Below are positions 54,616 to 64,000 of a stretch of DNA of 64,000 nt, piece after piece. Position numbers and translations under genes: made by a program. The first letter of the stretch is position 1; every line of letters begins with the position of its first letter. A model generated the notes under the pieces. The model did no database searches. It was not told where the DNA came from and saw only the letters and a program-made list of their open reading frames with translations. Source of the DNA: Piromyces finnis finn (lineage: Eukaryota; Fungi; Neocallimastigomycota). The DNA is taken from NCBI GenBank assembly GCA_002104945.1, contig MCFH01000049.1, positions 1 to 64,000 of the forward strand. Direction: 5' to 3'.

Positions 54616-57292
54616 TTAGACAGAATGTACATTTTGGTTATTAGATATTGAATTACTTTTTCTATTTCCATAAATTTTCTTTTTAGTTTTTAAATATATT
54701 AATACTATTACTATAATAAGTATTATGATGCATATTGCTATTATAATAATAGTTACAAGTGATGAATCATTATCTCCAGTATTTAATAATGGGTTATTTG
54801 ATACATTTCTTAATATTTAAATTTAAAGTTATAAATAAAAATTATTATTATTTAATATGCTTATATATATTTTTCCTAAAATATATTTATATTTATATTA
54901 ATAATAAAGATTAATTACAATTTTATATCCATTTTCTTTAATTTTTTTGGAATTGAACCACTTAAATTATTGTCTGCTAAATTTCTATTATTTATACCAA
55001 AAAAAAAAAAAATTATAATAAATATCAAATATTATAGGTTACATTTTATTATACTATAAATATATCTTTATTACAAAGATTTTAAATTAGTTAGATCTCC
55101 AAGTTCAGGTGGAATAGACCCTGTTAATTTATTATCAGATAAGAGTCTTTCTATAATAATAATAAAAAAAAAGGTATTTAATAGAAGAATTATTGTTTTT
55201 GTTTTTATTAATATTATTATACATATATTATTGATTATTATATATTAACTACAATTTTTCCAATTTAGATAATTTTCCAAGTTCAGGAGGAATAGAATCT
55301 ATTAAATAGTTATCAGATAAATCCCTAACATGTTAAAGTGAGCATTTATTATGAATAAAATTAATAATTTTTATATTTATTTATTTATTATTATTTTACA
55401 AAATAATAATAACATATTGTTAATTAAAATTACAGTGATTTCAAATTAGAGAGGTTTCCGAGTTCAGGAGGTATAGAACCTATTAAATTATTTAAGTCAA
55501 GTTCTCTATTATAGTATTAATGAAATTTGTATACCATGATAACATAATATGAAATATTATATATATATATAAAATATTTATATTTAGCATAGTTTTATCA
55601 TTATTATTTATTATTTAAAATAATTTAAATAGAAAACGATATTTAATGTTTTTAATGATTACAAATTTTTTAATTTAGATAATTTTCCTAGTTCTGGAGG
55701 TATATGACCGGATAAAGTGTTATTTGAAAAATCTCTATTTTATATTTAATTTTAAATATTATAAAAAACTAATAAAAAGAAAATATAGTAATAATAATAT
55801 ATAGTTTTATTAATCGTATTTATTAATATCTACATTCTTTCTAATTTTGATAAATTTCCAAGTTCAGGTGGTATTTCACTACTAATAGAACCTTGATCTA
55901 TAACCCTTTTTCAAATAAAAACAATGAAAATAATAAAAATATAAAATTATTATAAAAAAGAATTTAATATCTTTTTTAATAATTATAGCTTATTACTTAC
56001 AATGCTTTTAAATTTGATAATTTTCCAAACGAAGAAGGAATTGGACCTGTTAAATAATTTCTAGTTATATACCTATTATAAATAAAAATATAGATAAATT
56101 AATAATAAAAATATAATAATACCTTTTTTTCATTTTTCTTTAATAAATACATAATAAATAAACATTTACATTTCTTGTAAATTTGATAAATTTCCAAGTT
56201 CCGGTGGAATAGTACCACTTATATTTTTTCCATGCAAATGCCTATTATAAATTAAATTTAAGATTGAATTATGAATATTTATTATAATAGTATATATAAT
56301 TTCAAGCCATTACATATATGATAATCTTGATAAATTTCCAAGTTCTGGTGGTATAGTACTAATTATCTTTTCTCCATGTATATATCTATTAGAAGTATGA
56401 AATATATGAATGCATATAAAGCAAAAAAAATATAAATATATGATTATTATAACAAATATAAAAAACATATATTATGATAACAATAATATAATAAAATTTA
56501 TTATTATTTATAATAATTACAAATATTCTAGATTTGGTAACTTTCCAAGTTCAGGTGGTATAGAACCTTTTAAATTACTTCCAACAAAAGTTCTATTTTG
56601 AAATTAAAAATAAAAATATTATTATATTTATACATTTACATTATATATATTTATTGTATATTATAATAATTACAAAGATGTTAAATATGTAAAATTTCCT
56701 ATTTCTGGTGGCAAATAGCTTTATAAAATATTTATAAAGAAATTTAATTATATTTTAATAAAATATTCAAATATTTTTAATAATTAAATAAAAAATATAA
56801 AATAGTTAATACTTGTATATTTCTTTAGTAAAGTTTTCAACATCATCTTCATAATTATAATCAAATTTTACATTTCTATTCACAAAGGCAACAATATAAG
56901 TATAACAAAAAATATTTATCAAAAAATAAATTAATTTATAATATTTTATTTTCTTTTAATGATATTTTTGAAGAATATAATAGGAATTATTTTAAGTAAA
57001 ATGGTATCTAATGTAAAATTTATTGATTTAATTATAAATTTATTTTATTTTTATATTTTCCTAGTGTTTTATATAAAAAAGTATTTGATATATAAATATC
57101 AATTCATTACAAGCTAAAAACATGACCATCAACTAAATATTGAACACCTGGCTCTTCACAACAATTATTTGATTGATTGTCTTTTCGATATAGTCTATTT
57201 ATTACAACACATTCTTCATTAACACCGCTTTGTGCTGAAATGAGTTTTATTATAAAAATTAAATTAGTTATAAATAAAATAGTAATATTCAT
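54616..57292 (-). CDS. LRR receptor-like protein 3, 14 exons, apparently intact
   Basis: Exon 1 57111-57292, linker exon of 63 nt, 45-nt exon, nine 72-nt LRR exons, 66-nt exon, TM exon (LVTIIIIAICIIILIIVIVLIYL-KTKKK); stop at 54616. Confidence 0.88.
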
Positions 57293-57619
57293 TATTATTT
57301 TTTTTATTTAAAAAATAACTGGAAATAAAAATATTTTTAGAACCATTACCATATATGTAAATCCAATAAAGTTAATTTAAATTAAACTTTTAACAAAAAA
57401 AGTTTAAAAACTTATTCAATTTTTTAATTGTATATGGAAAATGGAAAAACAAATTTAAATAATAGTTTTATTTTAAATCATTATGATAGGATTCAACTAC
57501 AAAATGTATTTATAAAAGCTTTAAGAGGTTTTAATTTTCTTAATATAAATAATTTCATTAAAGATGTGAACATTTATGGACACATAATTTTATTTATCCA
57601 TATCATATATTTATAAACA

Positions 57620-57746
57620 CACGTGACTAATTTATAAAAACATAAACATGTATTAAAAATGTTGTAAACGTAATGTCTATGTGTTGTATGTTGTAGAGAA
57701 AGTTATTTTTTATTTATTTTAATTTATTTTATATGGTCACATGACC
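57620..57746. promoter_or_regulatory. Two E-box-type bHLH motifs upstream of RLP3
   Basis: CACGTGAC at 57620-57627 (GTCACGTG on the minus strand) and GGTCACATGACC at 57735-57746, ~330 and ~450 bp upstream of the ATG. Function is inferred. Confidence 0.3.
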
Positions 57747-57768
57747 TGACATCTCACTCTATAACTGT

Positions 57769-58312
57769 TTTTTTTTTTTTTTTTTTTTTTAACGGCATCA
57801 AATATTTTAAACTTTATTATTAATTTAATTAAAATTATAATACATGTAATAAAAAATTAAAAATAAAAATAAAAATAAAAAAATATGTTTAAATAAACAC
57901 AAATAAATAAAAATTGGGTATAATGTATTCTAGTAATTTTAATTAAAGTAAGAAAGCCACTATTATACTAAAGTATAATAATTGTATTTGACTTCCAATG
58001 GGACACCGAAGCCAAAGATCAAAATTTTGTCATGGAACAAAATTATGATCTCCATTGGTTGCGCTGGCCCTCCTGGCCTGTCTTACTGTTTCTTCAGCAT
58101 TGACGCTCTTGGATGTTGCTTCAAACCTTTTGAACATTGACCATTGCTGGCCAATAGCAAAAGGCATGATTTTGGTTAGAAGTTCCGCGGTTACCGTTAA
58201 GAATGGTGTTCCTTCGTTAGTACCAGATTGAATCTGACGCTTACAAAGTTCTTTCCATTCCCTTGAATTGTAATTAATATTGTTAAAACTTCTTCCCCCA
58301 AGAAGGAATTTA
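57769..58312 (-). mobile_element. 5'-truncated non-LTR retrotransposon 3' end with poly(A) tail and 13-bp TSD
   Basis: Poly-T at 57768-57790; ACTCTATAACTGT duplicated at 57756-57768 and 58313-58325; GC-richer ORF end NSREWKELCKRQ...NGDHNFVP*. Confidence 0.88.
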
Positions 58313-59144
58313 ACTCTATAACTGTAATATTTACGATGTAACTTTTTCTCTTTGTTAACCTTATTAATAAAATTATTTATTAATTAAATTTATTTCACAA
58401 AAGATAACATAAATTTCAGTATTTTAATTATTTACTGCTTTTATGAACTAACCCTATTTAATTTAGCTATTTTTCAACTATTTCTACTAATTTAATATTA
58501 CCATATCTTCTTTTATAATAATGCATAACTTTTCTCTTATACTATACATAATATTATAGAAATATGTTCTATAGAATTAATAAGAATTGATGAATGATTT
58601 TCCCATTTCTAATAATTAAAGATACAAAATTCTATATGTACATGGACTATTATAACTTTTAATTATTAGCTATTTTTGATATTTCCTACATTTTTATACA
58701 TTATATAAGATTTTATTATATTACGTATACATTAATTACTTATATAATGAACTATAATTTTTATTATTTTATATTTATACTTTATATTTTTATTTACTTC
58801 TAGTGTGTTTCTTTCCCTCTATACAATATATAAAAGCTTATCACTTCTTTATTATGAATTATGATTGCATTTCTTATTATTTAATATTTTAGTTTATATT
58901 TTATTATTATTTCATTTCAATTATCAATTGGTATTCAATTTATATATATATAAATTAAATAATTAATACTTTTAATTTGTTATTTTCTTTGAGTATTTGT
59001 AAAAGCCATTTTAATTATTAAGATATTATTATAATATCTTATGTTAAATATTGATATGTTATATCAATTAAAATAAAATGACAATGCTCTATATAATTAT
59101 TAATTATATTTCCAAAAAAATCGAATACTTTTTTATTTAAAATT

Positions 59145-59650
59145 TTTTTTTATTTTTTATTTTTTATTTTTTTTAATGGCATCAAATATTTTTAAAATTT
59201 ATTAATTTAATTATAATACATGTTAAAAAAAACAAAGTTAAAAATAAAAAAAAATATGTTTAAATAAACACAAATGAGTAAAAATTGGGTATAATATATA
59301 ATGTATTCTAGTAATTTTAATTAAAGTAAGAAAATCATTATTATTATAAAGTATAATAATTGTATTTGACTTACAATAGGACATTGAGTCAAAGATCAAA
59401 ACTTTGTCATGGGATATAATTATGATCTCCATCGGTTGGGTTGGCCCTCTTGACCTGTCTTACTATTTCTTCAGCATTGACTCTCTTGGATGTTGCTTCA
59501 AACCTTTTGAATATTGCTGACCAATAATAAAAGATTTTGGTTAGAAATTCCGCTATTTGAAAAGGTTCATCTGTAGAAACATTAGGATCGTTGAGGTTTG
59601 CTGAAAGTATTTGGAATTTATTATGATTGAGAATAGATTCCTTTTCCTTA
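59145..59650 (-). mobile_element. Older copy of the same LINE 3' end with degenerate poly(A)
   Basis: Aligns with 57791-58190 (KRFEATSKRVNAEEIVRQVKRANPTDGDHNYIP*); no clear TSD. Confidence 0.78.
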
Positions 59651-59815
59651 ATACATTTTAATCTATTAAAAATATTTTTTTATATCTTGTTGAAAATATA
59701 AGTTGTAATGTCAATATAAATATATTTAATAAAATAAATTACATAAGAAAATATAATGATAATTAATTAAAAGAATGAATTATTAGTAATAATATAGCAT
59801 TTCCCCTATTTTTTT

Positions 59816-60510
59816 TTTCGACATGCTATAAAAGAATATTAAATAATTTATAATGAAAGATAAGTATCTTAATACAGGAATAAACTTATTTTATCCTAAA
59901 ATTATTAAATAATTAAATAAAATGACCAATGTTTAAATAATATAGTATTAATAAAAATGGATAATATCTATTTTTTAAAAGCGATAAGATTTAAATAGTT
60001 TAATTATATATATAAAGGAATTTTATAATAATAAAAATGGTTTAATTTCAATTAAAGTTTATAATAAATATTCCATATCTTTACCAGGTTAATTTTAATA
60101 ACTTTTTTGGTTACTTTATTTATTTTGAAAAATTAAAAAAGAATAGCTATTTATTATTTATTATTCTTTATAGTGTTTTTTTTTCTTTTTAAAATTAACA
60201 TGTATTTAAATGTATTTTTTTAAAGTTAATCTTAAATTATTGAAAATAATAACTTTTATTTAGAATTTATTTATTTTTATATTTATATATATATATATAC
60301 TACTTTTGTTTAATATAAAAAAGATGCTTTAGTAATATGGAAATGTTGATTTGATATTATTTGAAATATTTATATTTATATATATAAATATTCAATTACT
60401 TTACAACTAATAAATAAATTTATTTCGAATATATGGAAAAAAAATTAAAGGTATTTAATATTTTTAAAATAAAATAAAAATAAAAAAATAAAATGTTTAC
60501 TATATATCAG
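59816..60510. mobile_element. ~695-bp dispersed repeat, copy 2 (inverted relative to 43966-44659)
   Basis: Near-identical reverse complement of 43966-44659. Confidence 0.6.
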
Positions 60511-60841
60511 ACTAGGAAGAGAATACACTTCTTGTATTTATTATTTAATTTGAAATATTGCATTATATTAAGTGATAATACATATTGATATAATAATAAA
60601 TAAAAATATTAAATATATATATAAAAATATAAATATATAATAAAATATAATAATTATTTAAATTGCATAAAAGTTCAATGAACTTTTTGCAACTTGTACT
60701 ATTGGTCCCTCCCTAATAAATTAAATGAAATAAAAAAGAAGTAACATCAGGTATGATAATGTGGTGTCCACTAAACTCTCCCATGAGTTCATAATATTTT
60801 CATTCAAAGAAATATTAACATTGAACCCTGTGTACGGAACA

Positions 60842-61322
60842 TTAGGAATGTTCATTTTTTAAATCAATAGGAACACAATTGTTAGTAAGAAAGCTCTTGA
60901 AAGAGAATAAAGATTTTTGAACTTTTTTGTACATATTAGATAGAATAGGAGTCAGAGAAGGATCTTCATCGAATGGGATTCCAAGATAAGTATAGTAAGA
61001 AACCTTTAGAATCGAGTACATATCGATGTAAAATGTTTGGTCTACATAACTAGAGGATCTATTAAAGTTGATAGGTTTAACAACAATAGTTGCACACTTA
61101 TTTATTCCGAAAGACATTTCATTTAAGCTATGTTTTGTAACATCAAATGCAAGATTTTCATAATGTTCAGCCCATCGTTTTAGCTGTTCTTGTGGAGAAA
61201 ATAAATCTCTACCATTCTTGTCCTTAATGGTAGAAACATGAGAGAATGAATAACTTGGTTTGGCAAGTTTTTTAAGGCTTTTCCAACCTTGTCTAAAACT
61301 TTTGTCAATAAAGTGTTTACCT
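60842..61322 (-). mobile_element. Non-LTR retrotransposon ORF fragment: pre-RT linker fused to the last RT motif
   Basis: One open frame: WKSLKKLAK...IKDKNG...EQLKRWAEHYENL (endonuclease-RT linker pattern) then MSFGINKC...YTYLGIPF (terminal RT motif). No YADD motif. Confidence 0.78.
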
Positions 61323-61376
61323 TATTAATATATATAAACAAATATTAAATTATTTCAACATAAAATAAACATACAT

Positions 61377-61474
61377 TTTTTTTTTTTTTTAACGGCATCA
61401 AATATTTTTAAACTTTATTATTAATTTAATTAAAACTATAATACATATTATAAAAAACAAAAATTAAAAATAAG
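61377..61474 (-). mobile_element. Very short (~100 bp) LINE 3'-end insertion with 10-bp TSD
   Basis: Poly-T 61376-61390 followed by aacggcatcaaatattttaaac as in the 57791 copy; AAACATACAT at 61367-61376 and 61475-61484. Confidence 0.82.
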
Positions 61475-61985
61475 AAACATACATATCATTCTGTTTATCA
61501 TAACTTCTAGAACAATGCATTCTTAAATGTAAATAAATAAAGTTGATAAACTTTAGATTACAAAAATCAAACTTAAAATTTACTAATAAAAATTTAAAAA
61601 AAAAAAAAAAAATTTTTAACATTTTTAAAATAAAACAATTACATATATATAATTATTTCTTTTAGAAATAATCATATATGATTAATTGTTTTATTATTTA
61701 CTAAAATAAATAAAATTGACATATATTTATTTATAAAAGAAATAAATGTAGTGGTAAAGTATTAATAAATATGAAAATGTATGATTCATATCATTCTGTT
61801 ATTGCTGTGATTGAATATAATTAGTCAATAATAATTAAATATTAAAATGTCTTTTTTTTTAGTAAAGTTTACACTTTGTATAATATTACTTTCATATGAT
61901 TCTAATAATTTATATTACAATAAATTTTGAAATATTTATTAATTATTTATATATAAAGTTTTAAATATACAATAATTGAGGAAAT

Positions 61986-64000
61986 TTATCTTCCTGTGCA
62001 ATTAGATATTTGAACATTTTTTAGATTACTAGGCATTGTACTATTTCTATTTCCATTTTCGTAGATTTTTTTTTTGGTTTTTAAATATATTAATACTATT
62101 ACTATAATAAGTATTATAATGCATATTGCTATTATAATAATAGTTACAAGTGATGAATCATTATCTCCAGTATTTAATAATGGGTTATTTGATACATTTC
62201 TTAATATTTAAATTTAAAGTTATAAATAAAAATTATTATTATTTAATATGCTTATATATATTTTTCCTAAAATATATTTATATTTATATTAATAATAAAG
62301 ATTAATTACAATTTTATATCCATCTTCTTTATTTTTTTTGGAATTGAACCACTTAAATTATTGTCTGCTAAATTTCTATTATTTATACCAAAAAAAAATT
62401 ATAATAAATATTAAATATTATAGGTTATATTTAATTATACTATAAATATATCTTTATTACAAAGATTTTAAATTAGTTAGATCTCCAAGTTCAGGTGGAA
62501 TAGACCCTGTTAATTTATTTTCAGATAATAGTCTATTTTATATAAAAGTAAAATATTAACTATGAAATGGTTGTTACTAGTCTATTATTATTAATATAAA
62601 ATAAATTACAATTTTTCCAATTTAGACAATTTTCCTAGCTCAGAAGGAATAGAATCTACTAAATAATTACTAGATAAATCCCTAATAAATCAAATTAAGT
62701 TTAATTACAAAACATATAAATATTTTAAATTAATTAAAACAAAAAATATTGATAATTAATAATTACAAGGTTTTTAAATTAGCCAAATTTCCAAGTTCAA
62801 TAGGTATGGATCCTATTAAATCATTTGAATCAAGTTCTCTATTTAAAATAAAAATATAATTTGTGTGAAATAATATCAGAATAAAAAAATTTTATATATA
62901 ATTATATTATCAAATATCATTTAGAATGTTTATATATAAATAATAATATTTTAATTTATTATTTTTTTTTATATTTACAAATTCTTTAATTTCGATAATT
63001 TTCCTAGTTCTGGAGGTATATGACCGGATAAAGTATTATTAGAAAAATCCCTATTTTATATTTCGTTTTAAAATAATATATTAATTAATAAGTAAAAGAT
63101 AATAATAAATAATAATTATTATTATTTTAATATTAAAACGATTATAATTACATTCTTTCTAATTTCGATAAATTTCCAAGTTCAGGTGGTATTTCACCAC
63201 TTAATTCATTTTGATCAACAACACTTTTACAAATAAAAATAATAAATTTAATAAAAATAATAAACTATTATAAAACAGTTTTTAATTAATTACATTGTTT
63301 TTAAATTTGATAATTTTCCAAATGAAGAAGGAATTGGTCCTGCTATAGAACATCTTGAAAAATACCTATTATAAATAGAATTATAGATAAATTAATAATA
63401 ATAGATTATAATAATACCTTAATACTTTTTTTTTCATTTTTCTTTAATAAATATTTAATAAACATTTACATTTCTTGTAAATTTGATAAATTTCCAAGTT
63501 CAGATGGTATAGTACCATTAATATATTTTCCATGTAAATATCTATTACAGATTAAAATAAAGTATTATTCTTTTTATGAATATTCTACATAATAATATAA
63601 TATAATATAATATTAATAAACAATTTTAATAAATACATATAAAACAATTTTGGTAAATTTCCTAGTTCAGGTGGTATTGTACTAGTTAATTTATCTGCAT
63701 ATATATATCTGTTTAATAATTAGAAATAATAGTAATGTAAGTAAAAAAAACATATTTGAACAATAATAAGAATTATTAATAATTACAAGTATTCTAAATT
63801 TGTTAAATTCCCTAACTCAGGTGGTATGGAACCTCTTATATTATCTCCACATATACTCCTATTTCCAAGTTGTAAATATAAATATTATAAATATTATAAT
63901 AATTTTTTGCCACAAATATCATAATTGTTACATAATTACAAATATGTTAAATTAGTTAAACTTCCAAGTTCAGGTGGTATATAGCTGTTTAAAATTAAAT
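61986..64000 (-). CDS. LRR receptor-like protein 4, 5'-partial (exons 1-2 lie beyond the window)
   Basis: Exons 3-14 present from ~63940-63984 down to the TM exon; stop at 61986; all readable exons in frame, GT-AG phase 2. Confidence 0.86.

Noticed and set aside
59816-60514. Helitron reading of the 695-bp repeat (5' TC...CTAG 3')
   Set aside because: CTAG follows only copy 2; copy 1 diverges before it, and no subterminal hairpin was seen.
45387-64000. Regularly spaced tttccaagttcaggtggtat repeats resembling a CRISPR array
   Set aside because: They are the conserved halves of LRR exons bounded by GT-AG sites; the spacers are introns; no cas genes; eukaryotic context.

Overview
Very AT-rich (by eye >80% A+T), intron-rich eukaryotic DNA. 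CBM18 modules, Cys-rich GYY-type repeats and composition point to an anaerobic gut fungus (Neocallimastigomycota); this is inference, not a database result. The ORF track misses most real genes because they are built from micro-exons. The window holds: (i) nested long inverted repeats (1.2-14.1 kb) enclosing an intronless cytoplasmic LRR gene, with a decayed paralog at 16.5-19.0 kb; (ii) three paralogous four-TM genes with N-terminal Cys clusters, one a pseudogene; (iii) an intronless tandem pair of bacterial-looking four-TM proteins with an anomalous junction, next to a decayed AAA-ATPase/PD-(D/E)XK gene; (iv) a 28-exon, 899-aa secreted LRR-mucin-CBM18 gene; (v) a decayed LRR gene with a Cys-rich tail; (vi) a tandem array of at least four LRR receptor-like genes (signal peptide, Cys cap, one LRR per exon, TM helix, short tail) with variable binding-face residues and mosaic exchange; (vii) 5'-truncated LINE copies with TSDs, a 695-bp dispersed repeat and long microsatellites. 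Overall it resembles a fast-evolving recognition/defence gene island. No rRNA, tRNA or CRISPR was seen. All alignments and splice models were done by eye.
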